From NCBI RefSeq assembly GCF_009914755.1, contig NC_060933.1: a DNA stretch of 64,000 nt. One strand, given 5' to 3'. A program made the position numbers and the translations under genes. Each line of letters opens with the position of its first letter. Within the stretch, counting starts at the first letter, position 1. The notes beneath the pieces are model-generated. The model made no database searches and was not told the DNA's origin. It saw only the letters and a list, made by a program, of their open reading frames with translations. The DNA is from the human T2T-CHM13v2.0 reference genome, Homo sapiens. Shown here in pieces: positions 40,987 to 54,012 of the stretch.

Positions 40987-41294
40987 TTTTCTCATTATAA
41001 TCAGCCAGGTTACTTCCACAACTACTATGAAGGTGTTCATTTCCACTCTTGTATAAGCTGCATTGATTGGAAATCAGGAAAAATAAATTCTAGGCCTTGT
41101 AGAAAATAATATATAGTGTGATTGCTAATGTCTACTGGATTCCTTGACTCTCATTGTTCCCATGTTCAATTCATTTTGCCTACCATTTTCAACCAAAACA
41201 TGTTTCCACTTTCATGATCAAAGCCCAAGTCAATCTTAAGCATTACTTTCATCTAGAGAAGACAGCATGGGAAGAACTTAAGAATGTCCGTTGA

Positions 41295-41370
41295 CCATCT
41301 ATGTGACCTTGAGCATCTAACTTAACCACACTTAAGTGTATTCAGCTTATTTCTATAAAAAATAACAGAC
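41295..41370 (+). mobile_element. MIR fragment
   Basis: ctatgtgaccttgagcatctaacttaacc...ctataaaa. Confidence 0.5.
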
Positions 41371-41637
41371 GGCCAGGCATGGTGGCTCACGCCTATAATC
41401 CCAGCACTTTGGGAGGCCAAGGTGAGCGGATCACGAGGTCAGGAGATCAAGACCACGGTGAAACCCCGTCTCTACTAAAAATACAAAAAATTTAGCAGGG
41501 CGTGGTGGCGGGCGCCTGTAGTCCCAGCTACTCTGAGGCAGGAGAGTGGCGTGAACCTGGGAGGCGGAGCTTGCAGTGAGCCGAGATCGCGCCATTGCAC
41601 TCCAGCCTGGGCGACAGAGCGAGATTCTGTCTGAAAA

Positions 41638-41680
<43 letters not shown>

Positions 41681-41682
41681 AA
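41371..41682 (+). mobile_element. AluY-lineage element with a 12-bp left-arm deletion (Yd/Yc type) and (AAAT)n tail
   Basis: gagatcaagaccacggtgaaacccc lacks about 12 bp of the AluY consensus; ggcgtgaacc...ggagcttgcag Y diagnostics. Confidence 0.9.
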
Positions 41683-43633
41683 CATACAGGATATCCCCCA
41701 AAGTTTCATTCAGAACTAACATTTCTCTGTCTTTGAAGCCACATATCTTGTTTAAAGAACATCCTTATTCTCCTTGTGCTACAAATCCTCCCACTATGTT
41801 GCGCACGTTTTAAATATCCAAAGTAAATGCCTCTACCCCCTCAAACCAGTCCTTCAGCTCTCCCTAGGCTGTTTTCTTCCCCCTTTTTGAAAATTTAGAT
41901 TTCTTGCAATACAGTTTACATGCAGTGGAATTCAGTCTTTCTAGATCTACAGCTTGATGGGTTCTTAGTAAATGTGTGCAGTCATGAAACCATCGCCACA
42001 ATTGAGCTACTGAATATGTGTATCCTCACTAAAAGTTCCCTTGTTCCCTTTTGGGTCAATATGCTCCTCACAATTCCCAGTTCCCGGCAACCACTGATCC
42101 GATTTCTGTTCTTATAATTTTGCCATATCCAGTATGTCATATAAATGAAATTGCACAATATATAACTTTTTTCGTCTAGTGTAACTTTTTTGTCCAGTGT
42201 AATGCTGTTGAGTTTCATCCTTGTTGCACGTTTCAGTAATTCATTCCTTTTTATTACTGAATGGTAGTTAATGGGCATCTGCGTGTTTCCAGTTTTTGAG
42301 TATTATAAATAAAAGCCACTATAAACATTTGTGTATTTGTGTATGTTTTGTGGACATATGTTTTTCTTTATTTTAGGTAAACATCTAGAAGTGTGACGAC
42401 TGAATAGTTTATTAAATGTATGTTGAAATTTATACAAAATTGGCAAATGTTTTCCAAAATGCCTCTACCATTTTTTTTGCATACTCACCAGAAATATTTA
42501 AGGATTCTAATAACTCCATGTTTATATTAATATGTGGCTTGCCTTTTTTTCCTATCAGAGTACATGTGTAGTGGTATTTCACCATGGTTTCAATTTGGAT
42601 TTCCCTAATGACTAAAGATGTTAAGCATATTTTATATACTTATTTGCCATTAATATCTCTTCCGTGGTGGAACATTTGCGTAAATATTTTTCCCGTATTA
42701 TTTTATGGAGCCTCTTATGGAGTTATGAAGTCATCACATATTGTGTGGAAATCCTTTATCATATATTTGTGTTAACAAATATTTTCTCATACTCTGTGAA
42801 CTGTTCCCTCCACTCCTTAAAGGTAGCTGTTATGAATTTGACTAATTCCAGTTTCTCAATGTTTTCTTTTGCGTTTATGCTTTAGGTATTCTGTTTAAAA
42901 AATATTTGGCTTGAAGTTTGTTTTAGTTTTTACAATTAGGTCTATGATACATTTTGATTTGATTTTTGTAATTGGCGAGGTGTAAGTTAAGGCTCATTTT
43001 TTGCTTTGGATGTTTCATTTTAAAGCAGCACCTAATTTAAGCAGCTATCCTTTCTATATTTAATTACCTGGGCAGCTGTACAAAAAATGGACTCACCATA
43101 CATGTGTAGCTTTCCTTCTGGACTGTTTTCTCTATTCCATTAATATAAATATTTGCCTTATCCAAATGCCACATTGTCTTGGTTAGTATAGTTTTCTTTG
43201 AAGTCTTGAAATTAGGTAGTACAAATTGTCCAAAATTGTTGTTTTACTAGATATTTTGTTTCTTCATGTAAATTTAGAAAAAGTTTGCTAATTTCCACTA
43301 AAATGCATGCTGGACTGATTGGGATTACACTGAATCTGTAGATCAACTAGGGGAACACTGGTATTTTAACAATATTGAGTCTTCCAATTGATTATCCTGG
43401 TATATTGCCGAATTAAAATTTCCACATCAATGTTTTATAGTTTCGCACATATATTTTGTTACATTCATACATATTTCATGCTTTGATGCTATTGCACACA
43501 TATCAATTAAATGTCATTTTAAATAAAAATAATAAAAATTAATGTCAATTTCCAATTTTTCAATTATAGTGTTAGAAATGCACTCGGATATTGTATATTG
43601 ATCTCATACCCTGTAATATTGCCAAACATTCTT

Positions 43634-44322
43634 TTTTTAAAAAATTTATTATTATTATACTTTAAGTTTTAGGGTACATGTCCACAACGTGCAGGTTTGT
43701 TACATATGTATACATGTGCCATGTTGGTGTGCTGCACCCATTAACTCGTCATTTAGCATTAGGTATATCTCCTAATGCTATCCCTCCCTCCTCCCCCCAC
43801 CCCACAACAGTCCCAGGAGTGTGATGTTCCCCTTCCTGTGTCCATGTGTTCTCATTGTTCAATTCCCACCTATGAGTGAGAACATGCGTTGTTTGGTTTT
43901 TTGTCCTTGCGACAGTTTGCTGAGAATGATGGTTTCCAGCTTCATCCATGCCCTACAAAGGACATGAACTCATCCTTTTTTATGGCTGCATAGTATTCCA
44001 TGGTGTATATGTGCCACATTTTCTTAATCCGGTCTATCATTGTTGGACATTTGGGTTGGTTCCAAGTCTTTGCTATTGTGAATACTGCCACAATAAACAT
44101 ACGTGTGCATGTGTCTTTATACCAGCGTGATTTATAATCCTTTGGGTATATACCCAGTAATGGGATTGCTCGGTCAAATGGTATTTCTAGTTCTAGATCC
44201 CTGAGGAATCGCCACACTAACGTCCACAGTGTTTGAACTAGTTTACAGTCCCACCAACAGTGTAACAGTGTTCCTATTTCTCCACATCCTCTCCAGCACC
44301 TGTTGTTTCCTGACTTTTTAAT
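43634..44322 (-). mobile_element. 5'-truncated L1PA4/5-like 3' end with TSD
   Basis: ttatactttaagttttagggtacatg...caggtttgttac; TSD aacattctt at 43625-43633 and 44323-44331. Confidence 0.94.
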
Positions 44323-44489
44323 AACATTCTTATTAGTTTTTGTGATTGTAATTAATTGTAGATTTGGGAGTATTTTGTCTGTAGACAATTATATTATCTG
44401 TGAAAAGTTTTTCTTCTTCCTCTCCAATATTGATGCTGTTTGTTTCTTTTTCTTATCTAACTGCAAATGTTAAGACCCCCAGTACAAAG

Positions 44490-44745
44490 CAGGCCCACAG
44501 AATGGAGACCCAAGGCAGAGTTGACGTTGCTGCTCAACTCTGAAAACAGTCTGCTGGCAGAAATCCCTTCTTTTAAGACCTTCTACTGATTGGATGAAGC
44601 CCACCCACATTAGGGAAGGCAACCTGTTTTACTCAAAATCTATTGATTTACTTGTTAAACTCATCTTAAAAAATATCTTCAGAGAAATAAACAGTGGTTC
44701 TAAGTACCATGACCTTGCATATTTGACTCATAAAATTAACCTTCT
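44490..44745 (-). mobile_element. MLT2 (C/D-like) LTR fragment
   Basis: ctgattggatgaagcccacccacatt...ttgactcataaaattaacc. Confidence 0.75.
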
Positions 44746-44947
44746 CACTGCATCTACTGGGATGATTATGTGTAGCCTTATTTCTGGTTTTAGCCTCTAT
44801 ATGATGAACCATATTCATTGATTTGCAAATGTTTAATCAAGATGACATTCATGGCATAAATCATACTTGCTCATGATATAGTATCTTTCTTTCACAGTGC
44901 TGGATTTGATGTGCTAATATTTTCAAAGACTTTGTATCTGTGTTTTT

Positions 44948-45132
44948 ATTAGATTCCTACTGCTGCTGTCTGAAATTACCACAAACTTAATGTCTTAAGA
45001 CAACATAAATTGATTATCTAGACATCAGATGTCCAAAATAGATTGTCCTGGGCTAAAATAAAGGTATCAACAGAGTTGTATCCCTTCTAGAGGGACTAGG
45101 GGAGAGTTTGTTTCCATGCTTTTTTCAGCTCT
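44948..45132 (-). mobile_element. MLT1C/D-like fragment
   Basis: tattagattcctactgctgctg...aaattaccacaaactta...gggctaaaataaaggtatcaacagag. Confidence 0.75.
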
Positions 45133-45629
45133 TGTTCATACATATTTTCTATATTTTTGACTGGATACTTGATGATATTAGTTGTAGTTATTACTTAAGT
45201 TACTTTCTGATTATTCTAACATGTGAGTCTTCACCAATTCTCCTTATGTTGACTGCTTTATCATTTAAAATAGATTATTTATTTCTTGCTACTTTTTGTG
45301 TTTTATATTTAAAAAAAGAAATATGTACGTTGCAATGTGAGGTAAAAATACAATGAAATAAATAATTTTTATACCTAGAAATAGACATGCCTCTTCTGCT
45401 AGGCTGTTAATGTGAAGGCGTTATGTCAATTTAGTTTGTAGTTGAGTTAGATGAGCCAGGCATGGGTTTTGTGTCACTACTATTAACTTTGGTGCACCTA
45501 AGCTTCAAATTCCTTCAGGGGTTGCCTCACATTATAGGGCTTAATGAGTGGGGCCTGGCAAGCTATAGGGTTTTTCATTGTCTTCCAACTCCATCCTCAT
45601 GTTTAGATGTTTTTATACAATTGTGCAAT

Positions 45630-45830
45630 AGAGGAGTCAGCAAACTTTTTCTGTAAGATACTAAATAATCTGGCTTTTTAGGCTGCATATGGTCTCCGAC
45701 CCATATTTTTCCTTAGTTTTATTCTACAATCTTTTAAGACTGTAAACACCATTTCTTAGTTCACAAGCATTACAGAAACAGACTGCTGAGTGGAATTGGC
45801 CCACAGACTGTTTGTTGTTTGCCAACTGCT
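45630..45830. mobile_element. MER58B-like hAT element
   Basis: aggagtcagcaaactttttctgtaa...attggcccacag...tttgccaac. Confidence 0.7.
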
Positions 45831-47259
45831 TCTCTTACTCTATCTCCCTGGGTAGACTATTTCAATGCCAAGCTCATGGTGGAGCTAGGTAGATCCTCTG
45901 TTTCCTTGTTCTAGTTTTAATATTAGGAAAGTTCTTGAATCTGGGCATTTGGGGGTGGGGCTTTCTCATTTTTCTTGCTCCTTTGTCCTCAAAGCAACCA
46001 AATTCTATCTTATATCTCTTGAGGTTCTAGAGCAGGAGAGAATTGTCATTTCTTCCCTTAGCATCAGAGAGAATCTGCTTTGTATTGTTGCAGTATCATT
46101 GGCCCAAGAGGTTTTCTTGTTTCTCTCCTGGAAGCAGAATGCTTTCATTGGAAGCAATAGATCTTCTCTTGATTTCTGATGGCATGAAGTAGAGCTTGCT
46201 ATCCCTCTTCAAGAGGCAGAGGGGCTTTATATCTATCCCTCCACAATAACCCTGGGGACAATACAGTTTTCCGCCCCTTTCCCAGAGGTGTAAGTCTTTC
46301 ACTTACAAGATGACAATCCTGTGACAATAACTCTACCTCAATGCAACACTGGCTTTCTGTATGCCTGAGCCACTGAGGGGTTTGCAGCAGCCTCCAGCTC
46401 TGCCTCTAATATTTCTTGACAGCACTCGGCAGGGTTCATGAAGCAGAGCCTTGGAGTGAATGTGTCTTTGGGCCTTCCAGGTATTCTAAACTGATGCACT
46501 AGCTTACACTTTAGCCTTTAAAAATTCATCAATATTTTAGCTAATTTCCTCTCACCTGCGTCTAAGGCAACCGCCTTCCCCTCTTCAGTTCTTCCAAGGG
46601 AGAAACCGGTCATGTTTCCCATCTCTCCTCAGGAGATCTTTGCCCTCTCTGGAATTCAGTTTCCTTCTTTGTGTTACAATCTCAAGTCTTGGATGGGTTC
46701 GAAGCTAGTTATAATTTCTTAAATTTTCTGGCACTCTCTCATGTTTAGAGTAGGAAGGACTGATTCCTGAGTCTTTCTACATCGTAAGCAGAAGCACTCA
46801 TAGTACTTTCCTCTTTGGGGAGAAATGACTCAATAAATATTTAGTGATAGATACATTATTTGAGAACTCACAGACTTTAAGCCTTGTTCCTTTACAATAG
46901 TGTATTTCATATTATTTATTGTTTTCCTGCATATGGATCTTACACACAGTGAATATGGCTTTTTAAAATATCTAACATCCCACACACCCAGGGAGAATGA
47001 CAGTTAAGCAAAATTCAGTAGTAGAAAAATGTCAATTCTATTTGTTTTTTGAATAAACCGTTTCTGGAGGAAAGAAGATGACCTGGTAAATTGGTTTAAT
47101 GGAAATAGAATTTTTTTTTTTTACTTTTACATGTGTGGATTAGAATAGGGATATTGTTGAATACTCCAATATATTACTTAGTCATTATTAGTTTTTATTA
47201 TTACTCATTCTTTTTACAAACATTTTGTTTTTATATATGCACTGCCAGATACTCTGAAG

Positions 47260-47456
47260 CAGGGGTTGTTTTTTTGGTCCATGGGCCAAATCTGGTTCAC
47301 AACTTGGTTTTGTACATCTTCCAAGCTGAGAATGTTTTTCACATTTCTTAATCGTTATTAAAAAAAGTGGAGTTTTGGGACAGAGGCCACCTGTGGCCCA
47401 AAAAAACAAAAATATTTACTTTTACATCCTTTATAGAAAATGTTCCCTACTCCCTA
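47260..47456. mobile_element. MER58-like hAT element (opposite orientation to the previous one)
   Basis: caggggttg...ccatgggccaaatctgg...aatatttact...cctttatagaaaatgttccctactccct. Confidence 0.7.
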
Positions 47457-50400
47457 TGTCTGGAGGATACAAAGATGGGTAACACATTTTCCCTGTCCTC
47501 GAGGCCCTTTCACTCTGGTCAAACAAATCAGCCATACATATAAATAAGTAAAATGTGAATTAGAAAATCACATACCCTATGAAAAATACCAAATAGCATT
47601 AAATGAAGAAATAGTGACAGTAATGAATTCTTTCAGCTAAGGCATTCTGGAAACCACTTTGCTGGAGATGGCATTTTAATGGGACAGTAAAATATGGGTA
47701 GAATTAATATATGCAGGGAACTAAATAAATCAAAGAAGCAATGGATACCTAGATTACAAAACAAGAAAACTGGCTTTACAGCATATGGACTGAAAAATCA
47801 TGTGATTCATTTATTTTTTTCATCCTCAGTCATTAGCCCTGCTTCAATAAGATTCAGTTTCAATTAAGATTTATTTTAAGTATTTTTTACAATTGGTATA
47901 TAATCTCTCAGAAATTTATAGTTTTGCTGAGGAGACTGATAAAAATAGCTGCAATTTAATCTTTAGGTATACTCCATAAATTGTAATAATGACATGAAAC
48001 CAAATAGTCATTCTTAAATTAGGGCCTGCATATCCCCTAGTGTTGCACACTTAGGCACCCAACCCATAGAATAAGCATGGCGTATGTACCCATGAAATTA
48101 ATTTTACTGCAAAACTGGGGCAGAGTCTTTTTTGGTGTTGTTGTGTTGTTGATGTCTTTGAGAGGTTTGTCGCATACATACACAAGAATCGACAGAATGT
48201 ATATTCCATGTCAGCTAATCCTTTGCTTTTTCATGAAAGTCCAAAGAACAAAAGGTTTTTGTGTGCTGAATAAGAAATCTAGTATTTTTGTGATAATTGA
48301 AAACCTAGCATGCCGTTTACATCATCAACAGCAAACACTGCTGTGACAAGACCAGAATGGTCACTAGTCACTGGTCCTCAAGGCTAATTCTTGTCTGTCC
48401 AAATAAGTTAAAACATGCAAATTTGAAAATAATTCTCACTGGCAACCCATTTGGGCTTTCCTTTTATTTTATAGATTTGTGTGTTAACTGACTGTTTGGC
48501 ATTTTTGTTTTGAATATATACACTCATATACAATCATTGTTTCTTCCTGACACAACCACATTCAATAAAATGTTTTATGTACTGAGGATGGATTTCATGA
48601 TCTTAAAAGTTTCTCCCATGTACTTTCCATTTTATATTCATCTCTGTTCCTAGATTGCATAAAACTCTCACCCTCTATCTTCAGGGGCCTTATAAATTAT
48701 CTGAGCTGCTAAAAATGGAGGCTGCTGAAAATGTATCTACCAGGGAAAATTGATCAGATGTCTGCAAAGTATCAGAGCAGATACATTCTCTGCTGGATGG
48801 TGCATTAGTATATTATGCCTGCTGCTAAGGATAAAAAGGGCATACCCCACAGGGCTGGTGCTTTCTCAAAGGGCCTTGGATGATCTACAGGAATTGGTGG
48901 ACCGTCTCGGCAGCTTCGTGAAAATGAACGTTGGTGAGTCTCCTAATGCTGCCCCTGAACCTGTTCACATAGTTCCCTGTGGGCTGAATCTTTCCCATGT
49001 TTGACTTCTCATTTTTCCCTCCAGCTCAATCACCCCCAGGCATATGAACTTCAGAGAAAGAGGGAATTCTTATATCTGTCTCTTCCTAATTCCATTGACA
49101 TGGATTGAACCCTTCCTTCTCTCAAGTCTCCCCTTCTGATTTTCAAAATCCTGTTCTGGATGTCAAAAAACCTGAACACCTAGAGCTCTTTTAAATGCCC
49201 ATAAAAACATCTCAAGGCAATAGGGATATCTCTCACTAATTAGCAAAGGCCACATTCAAGTTGGAAATAAAATGCACAAAGATAAATATTTCAATCTATG
49301 ATTCAAATAACTTTATATGAACACAACCAAATTTAGCTGTAATTTCCACCACAGTAACTGCCACAATATTACAAAATAGCCAAAATGTTACTTTTTATTA
49401 TAGTATCATTATTGTTGTTTGAAATTACATTTTGTAATGGATGTATAAAATATTGGCTTAAACCAGAAAGACTTAATCAGAAGCTTTGAAACCTGTGACT
49501 GTGAATTTATACAAAATTAGAAAAATAAAATTAGAAAACTCTGAAGGTATTGAGAGCGATCTCAGAAATTGTGTTCCAGAGACTCACAGTATATATGATG
49601 TTTAGTACATTTAAAATGCTACCGTATAAATAGTAAGCATCAGCAAAATGAAATATATTTTGATGTCTATATAAAATATGGGTTTTTACGATGGAGGGAT
49701 AACAAACCTAACACCTGTGAAACCTTTTGCTAAAAAACCCTGGGACAAAATAGTCTGATACTATCACTTTTGCAGAAGCATTTAAAACACAATTAGCAAA
49801 TTTTGAAGAATAATTATTAGAGATCTTTTTCAAATTAAAAAAAGTAGAACACTGTGCTAGGGAGAATTCAATAAAAATATAAACAGGGAAATGAAATATC
49901 TTTCAAAGTTAACTTCAAGGGCATTTTCAAAATACTGTAAAAGATGAAGCTAATGTAACAGGAGACTATTTGATGGCACTCATGCTATAGGCATGACTAA
50001 ATCTATTTTGGATCAAAAAGAGGCAGCCAAGCTGAAAAAAGGTGCCCATATCAAACTTTGGGAGTGGCAACCCACATCAAGGACATTGCTCATTCTGAAT
50101 GACCCAGCACCTCTGCATCATTTACCAAGAATACTCACCTCAAGCAATATGCCTTCTGATTTCCTCAGTGTGTTCAATGGGGTGGCAAAAATGGAAACTT
50201 TCATTTAACAAAAACTCTGGTGATTTGAATAACTTTTTAAAAAACAATAGGAAGTGACTTTGAAAACTTACTTCACAGATGAACTCTAGCTTAATCTGGA
50301 AAATTGCAATCCACGTGTGCAGCAGGGTGCCACAGCATTGTAACTCTGGCTTCAATGATTGTTTTCCTCACAGGAAAGGGGAATTAAGACATCCAACAAA

Positions 50401-51733
50401 AGGTCAGGCTTTGAATAAGATGAATTAATTCCTTTTTTTGTCCTGAATGATAAAGAATGTTTAACAAAATTGGCTTATCCAGCATATACTTTTTCAAGGC
50501 TAAATAATGTCAATCAATAATGGCAAGAACTCTCAAGGTTGTTATTGTCTATGACAAGATCATTGCAATTAAAACGAATGCCGAGAGATGAAATAGGAGA
50601 ATTGCTTGTGGGAATGATGAGGTATTTGAGCATTTTAGTTCAATTAAAACTAATGATGTTTACAATATCTTTGTTAAAGATAAGAATAACATCATCATTC
50701 ATCTTTCTTCACTGAAAAGAGTTCTTTGATGAGTGTATGCCAGTGATAGTAAAATGGAATGCCTGCCTGTGGAGCAGAGAATTTTCAGTCCCATCATATT
50801 ACTCAAATATACAAACAATTTATAAAATTTCTAACAAATAACAGTGTGAATATACATTGTCTTGAACTGTCTCTTTGGCAACATTCTTGGCATTTTTATC
50901 CAGTGATTATTATAATACAACCTATCCATCAGTAAAAGAAAAGAGCTATGGTCTGGCTTTGCATACATACCCATACTTATATTCCTGAAGGTAACACCAA
51001 GATGGATTTCCCGGTCATGGGACCATCCTCATTTCAGTCCATTTAATTTTTAAAATTCATCAACTCAGTGCAATATCTTATCCAACAACCAATAAATACG
51101 GAAAACAATTTATCTAAGTGTAAGCAATGGCATTTAAAGCCATAAATAATTTACATTAAAGCAAGCACAAATATTGAATAGAATGCAAAATTTGAAAGAA
51201 TCATTAAGATAAAATACGGGAGCTATTATCTTTGAAGTGTCAACCAAAACACCCAGGACATATTTCCCTCTTATTTTAGGGCTACTAGGAAGAAAAGCCT
51301 GTGAAGTTTGGCATTATTTAACCAACTGTGATGCTTGTGTTTTCCATGTATTTCTAGTAAGCTAGCCACAGAAGTGGCCAACATATTCTCAGTCACTTTC
51401 CGCTGTGAAAAGTGGTTTTCAAATGAGATGTTGATGTTTAGAAAAATCAATATAAATGAAAGATTTGATCATTTTAATCAACAAGGTTTTCTCCACAAGA
51501 TGAGACACATCATTTTTTGTTCATAAGCGAATTGAAGAGATCATCATTTTTAAATAAAATGAAATATAACTAATAACATAAACTTCTTTCAGTGTATTCA
51601 TGTCTCTGGTTTAACTATTTATTAAACATATATTTAGAAAGAAAAGATAACCTTTAAGGAATCTCACTAAGCATTGGGAAAAACTCAGTCTCTTGGTCTA
51701 AGATAGCAAAGTTATTTTCTTCAGTGAATTCTC

Positions 51734-52203
51734 TTTTTTAAAATTATTTTTATACTTTAAGTTCTGGGATACATGTGCAGAACGCGCAAGTTTGTTGCAT
51801 AGGTATACACATGCCATGGTGGTTTGCTGCACCCATCAACCCGTCATCTACATTAGGTATTTCTCCTAATGCTATCCCTCCCCTAGCCCCCAACCCCGAT
51901 AGGCCCTGGTGTGTGATATTCCCCTCCCTATGCCCATGTGTTCCCATTGTTCAACTCCTACTTATGAGTGAGAACACGTGGTGTTTAGTTTTCTGTTCCT
52001 ATGTTAGTTTGCTGAGAATGATGGTTTCCAGCTTCATCCATGTCCCTGCAAAGGACATGAACTCACCCTTTTTGATGGCTGCATAGTATTCTATGGTGTA
52101 TATGTGCCATATTTTCTTTATCCAGTCTATCATTTATGGGCATTTGGGTTGGTTCCAAGTCTTTGCTATTGTGAATAGTGCTGCATAAACGTACGTGTGC
52201 ATG
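51734..52203 (-). mobile_element. 5'-truncated L1PA7/8-like 3' end
   Basis: ttatactttaagttctgggatacatgtgcagaac...gtcatctacattagg; no clear TSD. Confidence 0.92.
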
Positions 52204-52332
52204 AAAAAGTTGGAAGTTAAAAGTTAGTGAATAAAGGAACAACATTGTGGATGTAGCCCAGTTTTGCTTAAAGCCTAAACGCCAGATACAGTTTGGAGAG
52301 GAAATTATAGTTTGATAACTGCTAAATGTAAA

Positions 52333-52387
52333 CTACCAAACCATATGCTTAAAAATCTAATTACTTTGTTTACCAGATTTCAAATTA
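52333..52387 (+). repeat. 55-bp direct repeat, copy 1 (copy 2 at 53958-54012)
   Basis: 54/55 identical to copy 2. Confidence 0.96.
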
Positions 52388-52540
52388 CTTAACCTATCTG
52401 TGTGTCTACCTCCTCATGTATCACATGAGCATAATGTAATCACTGCCATATGGCTGATTTTGTGTGATTATTTTAGATCATGTATGCAAAGTGCTTAGTC
52501 CCGTGACTAACACAGATTAAGTATTCCATAAAAGGTAGCA
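52381..52540 (+). mobile_element. MIR
   Basis: caaattacttaacctatctgtgtgtc...atgtatgcaaagtgcttag. Confidence 0.7.
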
Positions 52541-53435
52541 TTTTTTAAAACGCCGTTTGGGAAGAACCCCGGGATATAATAATGCCGATGTGAGGTTTCA
52601 GCACAGTAAATGTATTGTTCCTCTCCTCTATGCCAGGAAGACCCTTCACAGACAGGTGTGCCCATAGATGTCAAGCCTGGAGAAGAGGTAATAGTACAGT
52701 ACTGAGGGGCCTACAGTTATCAATACAGACAGGAGCAAGTTCATCCCAGAGTCGCAAAGGCTCCAAACTGAAGTGAGCTTGAGAAATTGGAGATTTAGAA
52801 GGAAGTCTGAGATTAGTACAATGGAAATGGGCTTCAAGGCACCTATCAAACCACAAAGAACCTGAGAAAGAAGAAATAACTGAAATATGAAGGCTGAATA
52901 AACATTCAGATTAGAAATTATTAGGAAAAGGTACGTACACAGATGACAGTCTGCAAAATTCGGAATCAGCAGAAGCAAGGGCAGTCCTGCTTCTGGCTTT
53001 TCACATCTTTTCTACCATGTGACACATGGGCAATTTGGGTCTATTCAAAGGATCAACAATACAGCAGGCTACTTGGGGTGTGTCCTGGGGGAACTCGAGA
53101 AATCCAGAGAAAGAGAAAAATAAGTGATTAGGATAATATAAAATATGTCCTATGAGGACCAATTAGAAGTATAATGGCTGTTATGTCTCGATAAAAGGGG
53201 AATCATTATTAGTTCAAGCACTTCAATGAATGTACAATACGAGAGATTTGGCAAACAGCTGATTTTAATGTTCATAGAAGACTCAAAAGATAGATGGATT
53301 TAAATAAACTTAGATATATTTCTGTTTATAAAAAAAGAAAACCTTGTGACAAAGCTTTGTAAAAATCTACAAAGATATATTATGGGAACCTTGACTCTGC
53401 TATCAAGACAGTGGTCAATCATCTTCCTGAGATGG

Positions 53436-53845
53436 TGTATTATCAGTAGTTTGCTAGGGCTTTCATAAGAAAATACCATTGGCTGGGTGGCTAAAACAAA
53501 AGGAGTGTGTATTTCCTCACAGTTCTAGAGGCTAGAAGTCTAAGATCAAGTTGTCAGCAGGTTGGGTTTCTCCTGAGAACTCTCCGTGGTGCACAGATGT
53601 TCCTCTTCTCGCTGTGTGCCTGCATGCCCTTTTCTCTGTGCGTACATCCCTGGTCTTGCTTTCTGCATCCAAATTTCTTCTCATGAGGACATCAGTCAAA
53701 TTGGATGAAGGCCCGCCTTAATGGCTTCATTTTAATTTAACCAAACTCTTTAAAGACCATCTCTAAATAAGGTCCCATTCTGAGTTACACGGGGGTTAAG
53801 GCTTCAACATATAAATATTGGGAGAACACAGTTTAGCCTGTAACA
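53436..53845 (-). mobile_element. MLT1A-like solo MaLR LTR with 5-bp TSD
   Basis: tgtatt...ctcacagttctagaggctagaagtctaagatcaag...gcctgtaaca; TSD gatgg at 53431-53435 and 53846-53850. Confidence 0.88.
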
Positions 53846-53957
53846 GATGGCTTAACCAGTGATGGTAACCATGAGTCACCAAAGATCTCTTGCATTATCC
53901 CTGCCCTGTCCTACCCCCAACACACGGGCACACAGCCCGTGTTTTCGAAATTTTAAC

Positions 53958-54012
53958 CTACCAAACCATATGCTTAAAAATCTAATTACATTGTTTACCA
54001 GATTTCAAATTA
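53958..54012 (+). repeat. 55-bp direct repeat, copy 2
   Basis: 54/55 identical to 52333-52387. Confidence 0.96.

Larger units (their letters stand above)
41885..44945 (-). mobile_element. Old L1M (MD/ME-like) 3' half with nested inserts
   Basis: T-rich antisense L1: cccagttcccggcaaccactgatc, tttccctaatgactaaagatgttaagcat, gggattacactgaatctgtagatcaact. Confidence 0.8.

Noticed and set aside
40669-41109. Overlapping 125-aa (-) and 75-aa (+) ORFs sharing 'PIKH' and 'MFYG' words
   Set aside because: The shared words are a by-product of the DNA palindrome; no other coding evidence.
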